Shown here: positions 1 to 13,826 of the stretch, piece after piece
Layout of the letters: the number at the start of each line of letters is the position of its first letter
How positions within the stretch are numbered: the first letter of the stretch is position 1
Assembly: GCA_012295275.1 (NCBI GenBank)
Contig: CM022675.1
Location: 7,068,001 to 7,132,000 of the forward strand
DNA: 64,000 nucleotides
DNA from: Chrysomallon squamiferum
Taxonomy: Eukaryota; Animalia; Mollusca
Direction of reading: 5' to 3'
Translations under genes and position numbers: made by a program
The notes under the pieces: generated by a model
Told to the model about the DNA's origin: nothing
Databases searched by the model: none
The model's input: the letters and a program-made list of their open reading frames with translations, nothing else

Positions 1-354
1 AAAAGTGTTGATCAGGAGTGAACTGATAACCTATCAACTCTCAGCTCAGGACACAAACCAATTCCAATAACAATGCTCTTTAGGTAAAAATCAATTACAG
101 CTGAAATTTAAAAGTTTAAATGTTTTTACCTTTTTCTGTAAAACAAGAAACTGCTTCTTAATATCCATGTCTTTACTGGAGGACTCTAAAAAACGTCTGT
201 ATGCTAAATCAAAGGCCTGACCAACAGTTAATGTTATTTCTTCAGCCTAAAATAATAAATAAGGTTTTAATTATATATGTGTTTATGTACAAAACATAAT
301 TATATGCATCTCTTGTGAAACAATATTCTGTATTTTGAGTGATGGATAATTCCC

Positions 355-530
<176 letters not shown>

Positions 531-945
531 GAGTGAGAAAGTAAAAGACATACCCTCAGACAGAGAAAAAAAATGACAGATGGAGAGAGAGGAAAAAAAA
601 TAAGAAGATTTTTATCTAAAAAATAAAATGTCACAAAGAAAGGGATATTATCTTTTTAAGAATAACATGTGAATATGTTTGTCTGTTTGTTTGTCTGTAT
701 GTTGTACATTATGTATTAACTTCAATGCACATGTGAAAAGATGATAATGATCAAACTAAAAAAAACCTAGTAATAAATAAAAATAGTGTAACAATAACAC
801 AGTAAAATATTAGTGAAAGTAATAATATTATAATAACGATGAATATAAAAATATAATAAAGAAAATTATAATAATAAAATGAACAAGAAAAAAGTGTAAT
901 AAAACAAGAAAAACAAATAAAAACAACAACATAAACAGGAAAATT

Positions 946-993
<48 letters not shown>

Positions 994-1278
994 CAAAAAA
1001 AAACAAAAAATAATATTAAATAAAAATAGCAATAAATAACGATAATTAATAACAATAACATTAATAATAAATAATAATAATAACATAAAATAACAATAAC
1101 AATAACATAAAACAATAGCAATAACAATACCTTCAAGACACCATCTATAACAGTACAAATGAAATGAACATCTGTCAATATGCTGAATCAGCTAAACTAT
1201 GTTTTTTGTTTACTATATTTTAAAAATAAATTTAAAAAAAACAAAAACTCTTCATTTTCAAACTGCTGCTGGACTTAC

Positions 1279-1293
1279 AAACAAAACGGGTAT
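1279..1293 (-). CDS. GULP1: candidate 15-nt microexon of GULP1 (IPVLF)
   Basis: Minus strand reads ttgattatttcaag|ATACCCGTTTTGTTT|gtaagt: perfect donor, frame-preserving, phase 0/0 after ...DSDKC. Confidence 0.45.
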
Positions 1294-1594
1294 CTTGAAA
1301 TAATCAAATAACGAAAATTTATAACAGAATTGTTTATAAGTAATATATCAAATCAATAGGTGATGCAGTAAACCTTCTAATTTTTTTTTTTTAACCAAAA
1401 TTTAAAAAAATTAATTTCACAATCATCTGACATTATTACTGGCTTCGTTCGTTAGTTACCTCTGCATTTTTAACACGTTAACGAATATCTGATTTTTATA
1501 ATTTATGTGAGGTGGGGGTGTGTATGTGATATGTTTGATTGATTCGACAGGATGAAATATTGAATGTTTTACGGTATATTGGAATTACACGTAC

Positions 1595-1732
1595 ACATTT
1601 GTCGCTGTCAAATACATAACAGCTGTGCTGTGTTGACTCTGCACCTTTGGCAATAAATGTGAACATTCGCTTATCTGACTTATCATCTGCACAATATGAT
1701 ATTCGATGTAAAGGGTACTGATGCATAATCAT
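1595..1732 (-). CDS. GULP1: GULP1/ced-6 coding exon (C-terminal part of PTB domain); gene continues beyond the left edge of the window
   Basis: 138 nt, phase 0/0, tttcag acceptor and gtacgt donor. Encodes MIMHQYPLHRISYCADDKSDKRMFTFIAKGAESTQHSCYVFDSDKC, matching the GULP1 PTB motif LHRISFCADDKxDKRIFTFI...CYVFDSEKC. Confidence 0.95.
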
Positions 1733-3229
1733 CTGAAATAAAATAAAAAATAAAAATATATATATATATATAAATTAAAAGAATAGAACTGAGATGTTAT
1801 CAGTATTTCTTAGAGCATTAAAAAAACAATTTATTTAAAATTAAAAGTTGTGATTAGAATGTGAAATATTAATGTGTGTGTGTGTGTGTGTGTGTTTATG
1901 TGTGCATGCGAGTGTGTGTACATGCGAAATGTTCACATGATTATACTATATAATTTATCCAAAATAAAAAAATATTTTCTATGGATTCTAGTTTGTTTTC
2001 ATCATCATCATCATCATCACCAATATCATTATTAATATCATCATAATTATCATGTATATATTCAAATAAATTTTAGATGTATGGCTATGTTAAATAACAT
2101 TCAAACATACACATTAAAACAGTTACATTCACACTCATACAACCATAACAATTTACCTAACAATGTAATTCTACAAACTCTGTTTAATTATCATTATTAT
2201 CATTTGATTATTATTTTTCATTATTTATTATTACTGTTGTTATTGTTTTCATTGTAATCATCATCATCATAATCATTATCATCATCATTTTCGCCCATAG
2301 CTTAATGTAAAACAACAAACAATATAACACTGTATGAAAATACAAGTTTATATGTATATCAAAATTGAAAAAAAATACAGCAAAATTTATGCAAACTCAA
2401 CACATTCTTTTTGTGGTATGTTATATATACAAAAATCAATATGCCTGATTTATCTCACACACACATAAATATTTCTAGAGGTCAGTGAACAAAGTGCAAA
2501 AACAAATCATTCTTCATTCAAACACTAAGCAATTTGTAGAAGTACATTGATTAATGTAGATAATTATACACATGTGTCTGTGTGAATAGATGTATATTTC
2601 TAGCATGTTAATTAATGTAATTTACTAATCAATGCTCTCGTATGGTGCACTGAAATTGCATAATGTCAACACTACACTTGTCCTTCTGTCATATAATGAT
2701 TCAGCTTTCATCTATTTGTTGCTCAGAAAATATTCAATATGTGTGTGTGTGTGTGTGTGTGTGAGTGGTTGGTTGTGTGGGTGGGAGGTCTCTGTATTTG
2801 TGTGTATGTGTGTGTAAAATAAATACAATGGTATCTTTTTACAGCTGCTGGATTTCGAAATGATTGTAATTTATTTTGCAAACATTCTGTAACATTCTAA
2901 ATAATAATAATTAAAAAAAGAAATTGTTAATGTAATTCTATGCTGTCACAATTATGCTCATTTATGTGAATACAAAAACTGGTTTGACATGTGTCTGTGG
3001 ATATAACATATAAAATTACATTGACATATTTTTTTTTACTTTATAAAACAAAAATAAAATTCTATATAAACACCCACAACAATAATCCTGAACACTGATG
3101 AATATTAATTCAAAAATCCATTATCCATTATTTCTGTACTCTAAACACTGAACTAATAATATCTAAAAAAATATCATATAAAAATAATTTAAAAATCCTT
3201 TAAAAGTGATGTCTCATATCTCATTCCTG

Positions 3230-3930
3230 TTCTAAAATCCTCAATAAATTTTCTAAGAATATGATCACAGTCTATGGTCATAAGTTAGCTAACTACATTT
3301 ATCTCAATCCCATTCTAAAATCCTTAATAAATTCTTATAAAATATTATTCTTGCAAAATATTATTCTTGTCTATAGATGGAAGTTAGATAAATACATTCT
3401 AAAATCCTTCATAAATTCTTATAGAATATTATCCTTGTCTTTAGGTGGAAGTTAGATAAATGTGTTCGAAAACTGTTAATAAATTCTCATAAAATATTAT
3501 TCTTGTTTGTAGATGGAAGTTACATAAATACATTCTAAAATCCTTAATAAAATGTTATAGAATATTATTCTTGATAATAGATGGAAGTTAGCTAAATACA
3601 TTCTAAAATCCTTAATAAATTTTTATGGAATATTATTACTGTCTATAGATGGACATTAGCTAAATATATTCTAAAATCCTTAACAAATTCTTATAGAACA
3701 ATATTATTGTCTACAGATGGAAATTAGCAAAATACATTCTAAAATCCTTAATAAATTCTTATAGAATATTATTATTGTCTATATATGGACGTTAGCAAAA
3801 TGCATTCTAAAATCCTTAACAAATTCTTATAGAATATTATTATTGTCTACAGATGGAAGTTAGCAAAATACATTCTAAAATCCTTAATAAATTCTTATAG
3901 AATATTATCCCTGTATACAGACGGAAGTTA
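3230..3930. repeat. 68-bp minisatellite, about 10 copies
   Basis: The unit ttctaaaatccttaataaattcttatagaatattatt...gatggaagttag recurs at 3397, 3465, 3533, 3601, 3669, 3737, 3805 and 3873, with two longer units upstream. Confidence 0.95.
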
Positions 3931-3943
3931 TTTGAACACAAAC

Positions 3944-4042
3944 CTTTGTCTTTGGGTCCTGTATTGTTACTCCATCAGCAGAGACAGTGAGTTCAACCTT
4001 CGGTGGCTTTTGTCCTTCTGCTCTCTTTATGTGCTTGTTAAA
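3944..4042 (-). CDS. GULP1: GULP1/ced-6 coding exon (PTB domain)
   Basis: 99 nt, phase 0/0, AG/GT flanked. Encodes FNKHIKRAEGQKPPKVELTVSADGVTIQDPKTK (cf. human [33 protein letters not shown]). Confidence 0.95.
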
Positions 4043-4292
4043 CTGTTACAGAAAAAAAGAATGGTTCTTTTATAGTAAGTGTGTATGTACATGCATGTTA
4101 ACTGAGAATAGACCAGAACAATGATACCTTTACTGCTGTAACACTGTATGCATAATCAATAATATTAATAATTAAAAAAAAAAAGGAATAATGATGATAA
4201 TAATATTATATTAATAACACAACAGTAGCACGAAGGAATGATGATAGCTAGTAAGAAAAATTATAATGACAAGTATTACAGCAATATTAAGA

Positions 4293-4332
<40 letters not shown>

Positions 4333-4507
4333 TCAATAATAACTAATATATAGTAATACTAAAGAATAATAACAATATCAACAATGTTAATTAAAAGAAA
4401 GATAACTGAAAAAAAAAAACCCACAAAAAACCCAAATTATTTTTAATAAAAATAAATAAATAAAAGAATAAATAAATAAATAAATAAATGAATGATAAAG
4501 TTTATAC

Positions 4508-4579
4508 CTTCATTTTGCGAATTGCTTCTTTAACAACTTCTGTGCCTTTAGGCTGATCCACCAAACATTCTCCCAGAAA
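4508..4579 (-). CDS. GULP1: GULP1/ced-6 coding exon (PTB domain)
   Basis: 72 nt, phase 0/0, ttacag acceptor and gtataa donor. Encodes [24 protein letters not shown] (cf. [24 protein letters not shown]). Confidence 0.95.
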
Positions 4580-4623
4580 CTGTAAAATTTAAATTTAGAA
4601 ATTTAGTAGTGGTAGTAGTAGTG

Positions 4624-4665
<42 letters not shown>

Positions 4666-5459
4666 ATAATAATAATAATAATAATAATATTTTAATAAAC
4701 AGAAATATAATTCTTTATTTTTTCTGAACTGTAGAAACCATTGTTTGAAATGTGTTATTCTGCATATATCTTTTGTATCTATACATGTTTATATGTGTTT
4801 GTTTGTATGTGTGTGTATGTGTGTATTTGTGCATATGTGTGAGTATGTGTGTGAATGTTTGTATACACAAACACACACACACACACATACACAATTTACA
4901 GATAAAAATTCAAATTTAGCATATTACTTAACTGCTTGTAGATTTTTATTTGCTTTAGAAAATAAAAATTAAAACATTTAAATAATATATAATAACTAAA
5001 TAAAAAAAAAAAAATAATAATAATAAATTCTTTTATTACATTCTTATATTCAAATATATCTGACTGTTTCTGCTTGGTAAGGTCACAGTTATTTTATTAA
5101 CTCGTACACGAATATTAACTTATGTCTGTTCAGGCGTTACAGTTACACAAAGAAAACACAAAAAACATGTAAATTTGTGGAAGTAAACAAGTAAGAAAAA
5201 AAAAAAAAAAATTGTTGTGGCAAAGTAATCTTTTAAGAACTATACAACACTTTAAGTACAAAGCTTCTTCATTGCTTAAGAGACCTGAACACTTTTCTTC
5301 CACAAAAAAATGAATATAATGATGTGGCTTTTTGTAATAATATACATTTATTTCATTTATTTATTTATTTATTTGTTTTTTTCTGAGAGAAAATGTATGA
5401 GAGAAAAAAGATGTGTATGGGTATGTGTGTGTATGTGTGTATGCATATATATATATATA

Positions 5460-5547
5460 TATGTAGATAAAAGCATTTACACAAGCACACACATACATAT
5501 ACATATATATATACACACACATATAGATATATATACATATACATACA

Positions 5548-5591
<44 letters not shown>

Positions 5592-5681
5592 TGTATGTGT
5601 ATATGTATATATATCTATATGTGTGTGTATATATATATGTATATGTATGTGTGTGCTTGTGTAAATGCTTTTATCTACATA
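5460..5681. repeat. ~220-bp near-perfect palindrome (inverted repeat) with an (AT)n centre
   Basis: tatgtagataaaagcatttacacaagcac... is mirrored by ...gtgcttgtgtaaatgcttttatctacata. The arms are 91 and 93 bp with a 2-bp indel, which is why identical peptides appear in the + and - ORF tracks. Confidence 0.92.
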
Positions 5682-5802
5682 CAAAGGTGTGCTTGCCAGT
5701 CTGTTTAACTACATACACTTACAAACTACATTACATTACACATTATTTTTTTTAGATTTTTTTTTTACTTCATTTTTATTTATTTATTTTTTATTTATTT
5801 AA

Positions 5803-5833
<31 letters not shown>

Positions 5834-5848
5834 ATTTTTTTTTTTTTT

Positions 5849-5884
<36 letters not shown>

Positions 5885-5899
5885 TTTTTTTTTCCTCAC

Positions 5900-5964
5900 C
5901 TTAACATTATACAGGATATGGCCTCTTAGCAGTGCCTCAGGGGGATGTACCCACTGTTTATTTC
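5900..5964 (-). CDS. GULP1: GULP1/ced-6 coding exon (start of PTB domain)
   Basis: 65 nt, phase 1/0, aaatag acceptor and gtgagg donor. Encodes (G)NKQWVHPPEALLRGHILYNVK (cf. [20 protein letters not shown]). Confidence 0.93.
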
Positions 5965-7801
5965 CTATTTAAAAATGAAGAAAATAATTAAAAAGAAACA
6001 CTCATTAGTTTTGTACAACACATTCGTAATGTCCTCTTCCTTTCAGCACACCTACATTTTAAATCATGCCACATATCTATCATCGGAGCTTTGATGTTTG
6101 TGTGTATTTGTGAAACTTTAATCACTTCACTACTGAACTTAACTTGGCTACAGGCCCTTGCTTCGAGTCCAGATATTCACTTTTTCAGATTTTTTAATAA
6201 ATGGTTAGTTATAGCATTATTTTGGTAATACCATAGCGAGCTGTTTATTTTATTTTATTTTTTTTCGAAAGTGAAGTATGACCAACGTGATAAAAACTTC
6301 ATTACAAAATGGAAGAAATGCAATTAGGAACTAAGAAGTGTAAAGGGTGATGATTGTTTGTGTTTTGTATCACACATTCTAACCCCATTTCTTGTCATAG
6401 GCCGCTATCATCTTATTTACATCTCACTTTAAAGAAAAGTGGACACTGCCATCTACTGGCAAAAATTTGAGCTATGGTAGTAGACAATACCCAGTAACTT
6501 AATGTACTGCTACCAAGGGATGTCATGAAATTTGTATACATAGGTTTGTAGATACAGCTCAGAATAAATTGGATAAAAAGATATATATTATGTAAACTCA
6601 GAATTCTGGATACAAATAAAACAGGAAAAAAACCAAAATCCAAACAAAAGATCAGGAAAAAAAATAATAAAACAAAATGAAATTTAAATAAATAAAAAAC
6701 ATTAAAAAAAAAAATCCATTGCAATATTTATGTTTCACTGTATGCTCTGAATAAAACTAAAAAAAAAACCCACAAAAAAAAAAAAAAAAAATCTTATTTA
6801 TTATGTAAACTTATGGTAACACAGATGAGTTACAATTCTATATGTCTCTGTATTTAAGTATTGAAAATATCTTTTGAAATGGTTTGACAAAATCTGTGGT
6901 TACATTCTTTGCCATTGTAAAGGTGAATGCACTTCTTTATAGTTCTTTATAAACACAAAGTACTGCATCAAATTGAAAATTATTTTCTTTTTCTTTTCTA
7001 TATACATGTATCAAAAGATTTTCTGAGCACACACACACATACACACACACCATTATACATATATAGGTATACGTACATACACCAATTATATTCCAACATA
7101 AACACACAAACATAAATTCTCTCTCATTCACACACTCACACATACACACCAGTTTATATACTAGTATATAAATACATACACATACACAAGTTATACTCCA
7201 ACAAACACATATATAAATACATACATGACATTTAAAAAAAAAAAAAAAGAAGGTAAAAAAGAACAAAAACACTAAGAACATTAGATTAACTAAAAAAAAA
7301 AAAAAAAAAAAAAAAAAGGATATTGACAAACAAGATTATTTACTTGTACTTTGAATCAAGGTAAAAACAGATAAACAAACTAATTATTCAAGCTAGTCTT
7401 ACTTAGTGTATTTAACTCTTCTTCTTTTTTTTCTAAATTACATATTATATAATTAAAACTGCAGAGCCAAAGTCTAAAAATTAACTTTTTCTGCTATCAA
7501 ATAATAATAATCATAATAATAATTATAACTGTAATATTAATAATAATTTTGATAACAGTAACAAGTTGTAATAATAATAATAATAATAATAATTGTAAAA
7601 AAATTATATTAATAATTATACTAATAATAATATTATAGTGATAATTATACAGTGGACTCTGTCAAAACTGGCCTTTGACTAATCCAGATTTCTGTGCAAA
7701 TTCACACCATTTCAAAGTCTTGTACAGCTATCATTAGTCTATAATGAACAAAATCCTGTCTGATTGCAGTCTGCTTTGGTTTCCGGATATAAATTCCAGA
7801 A

Positions 7802-7851
<50 letters not shown>

Positions 7852-8662
7852 ATAGTAATTAGCAAGTACAATTACTTCTTAAACAATGAAAATAATTTGC
7901 ACATAATTAGACTACTGTGAGACATGAAATGATCGTACTTCTTTGAAGGCTTAATAAGCAACAACGCCACGCTTCTTGTAATTACTATGTGCAGCAAGAT
8001 GAAAAGGATTTTTGTTAGTGTGTATTGAAACCTAAATGAACTCAACTCATTTAGATTTACAGTCAACAGCAGAAATATAGTAATTACAAGACGACTGCAA
8101 AAATGCATATGATGCACTTTTTGCACTGTCTTACTGAATTCATCTTAATGACAGTGTGATCTTTAAAAAAAAGCAAAGGTATTCAACTTTCATTGAAGTC
8201 TAAAGTGGAATTAATAGAAGAGTTTTCATCACATCCACTGTGTAAATAGAAAGATTTAGCTATGCAATTTGAAATGTAGTGACCATTACTGGCAACTGAA
8301 CTAAAAGATTTTGGCAGTGAGAAAATTTGTAATGACCAGCAAATTCAAAAATCGGAATGGATTTTGTACTTTGCCAAATTTTTGTATATGGATGTTCTTA
8401 AAAGGATAAAATGAATTAAATATTTTTATGCTTCTACTGAAAGCAAATTTTTTAACCCTGGTGGCCATGATAGAGGAGTTTGCTTTGGAGAGACATTTAA
8501 CTGTAACACTTTCATGTCATTTTAATTATTCAAACGGGCAATCTATTTAAAATGGCCTACTTCAGTGGTCCCAAGTGAATCCAGGTTTTGACAAGAGTCC
8601 ACTGGAACTAATAATAATGGAAATGTTAATAAATACGTATAATGATGATAATAAATCCTTAC

Positions 8663-8912
8663 CTGATTTCATTTTGGGAACTTCTGACGATGATGTCAAT
8701 GGTGACAACGTTGATGTTGGTGTTGTATCAGTTGAGGCAGTTTCTGGCTTGTTATCCTTCTTGTTGAGGACTTTCTCAACGATCTTTGCTCCACTTGGAG
8801 TCCGATTTAATCCAACGCTGAGAAATTTTCGACTTCCGAAATCCCTGTTTTCAATAAGCAAAGTACTTTGACTACTCACAAAATAGTCTTTGGCCACCTT
8901 TATCGTATCCAT
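8663..8912 (-). CDS. GULP1: GULP1 probable first coding exon with an extended Ser/Thr-rich N-terminus
   Basis: ATG at 8912 opens MDTIKVAKDY...SEVPKMKS-G, ending at a phase-1 gtaagg donor (8662) that joins in frame to the phase-1 exon at 5964. A strong pyrimidine-rich acceptor at 9292-9293 suggests the exon spans 8663-9291. A second in-frame ATG (MKSG) would give a short form. Confidence 0.75.
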
Positions 8913-9390
8913 TTTTAAAAACAATAATAATATAAAAGCTTTTTCTTCACAAATGTCAATAAATGTTTCTTTATATTAGAGTTAAAGTTTTTTTTTTTCT
9001 TTCTTTCTATTACAAAATGTCAATAACTGTTCTTTTATAATCAGCTGAACAAGTTTTTGTTTTTTTTTCTATTACAAATGTCACCAAAGGTTTACAATCA
9101 ACAAAACAAATGAAAAATTTGCAGTGATGTAAATCTGTCTTTGCTTTCACAAATGTTTATATCTGGTCATAAATTTTTTAATAAAACCCCAAAACCCACT
9201 AATTATTTTTTTTTTTCTTCAAATTTTTATATATCACCGATACTAAAGCTTTTATACTGTTTTTCTTTGCTTGCTAAAGCTTAACTAGCTGCTGAAATAA
9301 AAGAGAAAAGTAAAATCTGTGCCAATTACAACACACTGAGATGACAAGGATTCCAATTTACATGTGATATCAGCTGTTTGTTAACATTAC

Positions 9391-10036
9391 CTAACCAGAA
9401 ACCTGTTTCATTTGTTTTTAAGCGTTCGTGGTCTGTCTGTCACGATATCTGTTCAGTTTCTATTTTCAGTCTACATGTCACAGATCGCCTTGATCTGATA
9501 AAAGATTAGACTGTCTCAAGTCCAAAAAAAGAATGATATCAGACACCTGAAGCGAGGAAACTAGATATTAATGAAAAATACACTCTGATGTATGTATTTG
9601 AATCACAGGTGCCCTGTTTGGGACTGTCTTTGGATCACACAGGCACAGTATTAGCTAAATTTCTGTATCATATAAGCACAGTCTTAGATAAATACGTGGA
9701 TCATAAAGGCACAAAGTTAGATACGACTTTGCATCATATAAAGATACACTACAAGTAATCCTCTGGATCACTCAGGCACAGTCTTAGATAGATTTCTGGA
9801 TCATTTAGGTGCAGTACAATTAACTCTCTGGATCACAGAGATACAGTAACTGGATCAACCATGCAAGTTCAATACAAGATAAATATTTCTTGTGTTGTGG
9901 CTCAAACTGAGGCGAGTCTCTGAAAAGTGCTGTCCGGCTGACTGTTATTCATTTCAATCAAAACTTTTTACTGACGGGGTGTAAATATGAATCGATATTG
10001 AACTTCTGAAAGTTTATTCACTCCACTGATTTCAAC
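9391..10036 (-). other. GULP1: possible non-coding 5'UTR exon of GULP1
   Basis: ttacag acceptor at 10037-10038 and gtaatg donor at 9390, leaving a 99-nt intron to the 9291 acceptor. More GC-rich than its flanks; no long ORF. Confidence 0.3.
9600..9860. repeat. degenerate ~33-bp minisatellite, about 7 copies
   Basis: The core ggatca...ggcacagt..taga recurs at about 9632, 9665, 9698, 9731, 9765, 9798 and 9830. Confidence 0.75.
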
Positions 10037-10112
10037 CTGTAATGTATGCATCCATTAGTAATTTTTACCACAACAGCTAGAGAGAAATAAACTTTATATG
10101 GTGTGGACCTCG

Positions 10113-10340
10113 TTAAGTGAACCACTGCATAAAACACTCACAGAGTACTATGTAAATTCTGCATAAAACTATCACAGCATACTAAGTGACTTACTGCATA
10201 AAACACTCACAGCATACTAAGTGACTTACAGCATAAAAAAGTCGCTACTAAATGATTTACTACATGAAAAACGCAGCATACTAAGTAAATTACTGCATAA
10301 AACACTCACTAAGTGAAATACCACATAAAACTTTCACAGA
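10113..10340. repeat. ~35-bp minisatellite, about 6-7 copies
   Basis: Unit taagtgacttactgcataaaacactcacagcatac. Confidence 0.85.
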
Positions 10341-10425
10341 CTATTACAAGATTTTAATATATATGTATACATTTTTTTAAATGCTGCCATTTAAACAATA
10401 ATAGTAATAATAATAATAATAAGAA

Positions 10426-10456
<31 letters not shown>

Positions 10457-13400
10457 AAGAAGAAAAGAAGAAAAAGATGAAGAAGAAGAAGATAAAGAAG
10501 AAAACTTGGAAATGTGATAAGGATAACCTAACAGATTATGGATTAAAGGAAAAGAAAAGAAATCTTAAGATAGAATTAAGAGAAACAATGACATATTTCA
10601 GTGGATAGATGAAGAAAGAGAGACAGATGAACACTTGCATTAACAGTTTGATGTAAAAATAATAAAATCCAAGTGCATAGAAAGATAAAACCAAAAACAT
10701 TTAACTGAAGAACTGGACCAATCATTTGACTGAAGTTGTAATGTCATTGCAGACTCACAGCTATATTTTAATTCCAGAAAAACACTTTCAAATCAGTTAT
10801 GTACACAACCAGTAAAAAAAAAAAAAAAAAAAAAAAAAAATAATAGCTGAGTCTAGGTATTTAAAAACCCTTTGGGGAAAAACAATAACACAAATGAACA
10901 TAACTTGTAGTATGCTGAATATATTTAGACTATTTCAAAGGTGCATATTAATTTGAAAAAAAAATACAGGATAAGAACAAATGAAAAAAATGGATGGATA
11001 AAAAGACTGACCAAAGGTACATTATTAATTTTGAAAAATAAAAGATAACAGAACTGGACAAAATTATGGCAAGAACTAATGAATGGATGAATAAATGTAA
11101 TAATAAAAAAAAAGAAATGTCAGTGAGTCACTCAGGCTTATTTCACTCACATTGAACACTACAAATGAGCAAATCCAGAAATCTATAACTGGATTATCTA
11201 AAACTTTGACCAGATGAACTATGAAATCCTTCTACAGACACAATGACTTCAGGTTATTAACAGGAGCAGAATGCTGTAACAGCCAAAATAAAAAGCCATA
11301 AACTGGCTGGGAGAATGGTTAACATGTGTATGACAATTGGAGCTAATGTAATTATTAGCTTGATGGGAGAATTAGCTTTTATTCTGGTGAACGCACTGTA
11401 GTGCGTATATGTGTAATATAACTGATAATGCATGCATTTAAACAGAACATTTAATTTCATTTGTCTGTGAACCATAAATTCCCATTAATGTGATGGTGGT
11501 TAATATTAAATGATACTGCACAGAGGTTCTGTGTTATTTTCACTGCATGAATCATATGCCAACATATCTAGGATTCAATATAATTAGCAAATGTGAAATG
11601 AAGAGAAAGACAAAGAGACAGAGTGAGTGAGTGAGTGAGTGAGTGAAGAAAGATAAAAAGGAAAGAGGGAGGACGATGAGGGAAAGAGGAGACAAGTATG
11701 AATCAGTTAAAGGAGAAGAGAATAGAGGATGGAACAAAAGGATGAGGAGAATGAAAGACAGAAGGAAAAAAAACATTCTTACTGAATCTTAGGAAAAGAT
11801 GAGAAAAAGATTTTGGTAATGAATAAAGCAAATGAGATGAGTGAAATGCAGTGTAAGAAAGAAAAATAAAAAATATAGAAAAATAAAACAGATACATGCA
11901 AAAAGAGAGAGAAGATTGTTGTGTGTGTGTGTGTGTGTGTGTCTTAGAGAGACACAGACAGACAGATAAAAAAAAAAGAACATTTAGTATCACATATTAA
12001 TAATTTTAACAAAAACAGAAAAAAAGAAAGAAAAAAGCTTGTAAAATATGATTAAAAATAATTATTAAAAAAAAATGACTACATATATTTAATAAACTTT
12101 TAAGAAATTTTAAATTGCGTTAATTCAATAATTACAGAATGGATTTCTTTAATTTAGAATTCATCACACTTCTCAATTTATTCTGTTAGTTAGGAAATAT
12201 GAAATATCACTAACTGGAGAAAAATTATCATAAAAATACCAGTAAATGTAAATCAAATGTAAAAAAAAATACTTTCAAACATTTACATACATATTTTATG
12301 TAAATTGTGTAAACTGACACATAACCAAAACCACACAGATTTTAATTTTCTTTGAATTTGTGTTAAACCTTTAGGCAAAATTTTATATTATTTTTTTAAT
12401 ATATGTATTTGTGTATTTAAATGCATATTTATTTATATATTTATACATATGCATTAATTCCCTGCAGGCCTATATTTATATATATATATATATATCCAGG
12501 CATGTTAAGATACATAATGAAAAGACAGGTTTCCATAAATAACTATTATATAGCATATAACTGTCCACTACTATGTTTGATTAGTCTATGGTAACTATAG
12601 CCTACTAACATAAGAACAAAATATTTTGAACAAATGAAATAAATAATCTTATAATCCAATCAATTCTGTAATAAATAAAAATATATAATGGGAATAAAAT
12701 TTTGACAAAACTTCTGACCAACTGGACACAAAATGACCAGCAAATGAATGAAGACCAGAAGCTTCCCATACAAATTACACACACAAACTGATCACAAAAT
12801 TGCACACAATCACAAAAAAATGTTATAAGAGATGAATTCTGTGAAGATAAAATCTCCAAAATAAACAGACCAAAAACTAAATAAATTACATTAAAAAAAA
12901 GAAGTTTTAACAAATTAATTTTGTGAAGAAAATATCCTGAACATACAATGACCTCGTAATATATATATATATATATATATATTGCCAACAAATGTATAAA
13001 AATCTGTAAACAAAAGAATTTTGTGAAAAAAACATCCCAAATACCAGAAAATACATAAATTGCACCAAATTCCCCCAAAAAACAACAACCTGTTGTAAGC
13101 AAATGAATTCCACACAGAAAAAAAATCCGTTAAATTCCGAAACAGAATCCAAAAGAAAAAACAATTTCACAGTTAGCCCATTACATTTGTATGCACAATG
13201 GCAGAACACACACAAGATTTAATCTTCTGATGTAACACATGCTCCAAAATAAGCAGAAACTGACAGGAGTTTGCAGTGACCAACACAAATTAACTCAACT
13301 ACAGACAAATGCAGGTCTCCCTTGATACTGGAGGAAATTACATGGAAAGACAGGATGGTCTGTTTCACAAGCAGAATGTCAAAGGTCATCAGAGTCTTCT

Positions 13401-13744
13401 AACATTATCTTAATTAACTTATTTTTGTACAAATTATTTTGGACCAGGCGTAACGTAACAAAGTTGGTGATAATTTATTTGTGTTGTTATTGTAATCACA
13501 TGTGAAGCTTCATTACAAGTTTATTTTTTCTGAAGTTTTGAATTAAGTCTCTAATGAATTTTTTTACATGCCCTCTTAAAGTAATGCAATTATTTATTTC
13601 ATTTAATTCAGAAATTTTTATTATACACACTGATAAATTTATGATAATTAGGTTTTGGCTTTTTCTTTTTAGCATAAAAAGGAAACACACTAGGGGAGAG
13701 AGAGAGAATGTAAAAAGGTAATAAAGAGAGAAAGAAAGAGGGGA

Positions 13745-13750
13745 GAGATA

Positions 13751-13822
<72 letters not shown>
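13745..13822. repeat. (GA)n microsatellite
   Basis: Seen directly in the sequence. Confidence 0.95.

Positions 13823-13826
<4 letters not shown>

Noticed and set aside
1460-1488. 29-nt AG/GT-bounded segment in the GULP1 intron
   Set aside because: It is frame-shifting and has a purine-rich acceptor context, so it was not called as an exon.
7648-8505. Possible Tc1/pogo-type relic (TA-CAGT... ends)
   Set aside because: The putative termini match only over tacagt, and no transposase similarity is recognisable.
8575-8871. 98-aa plus-strand ORF
   Set aside because: Antisense shadow of the GULP1 exon 8663-8912, with a non-ATG start.
9600-9860. 33-bp repeat read as an 11-mer amphipathic protein repeat (DHTGTVLAKFL...)
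   Set aside because: The unit length varies from 32 to 34 bp, causing frameshifts and stops. There is no start codon or splice context on the plus strand.
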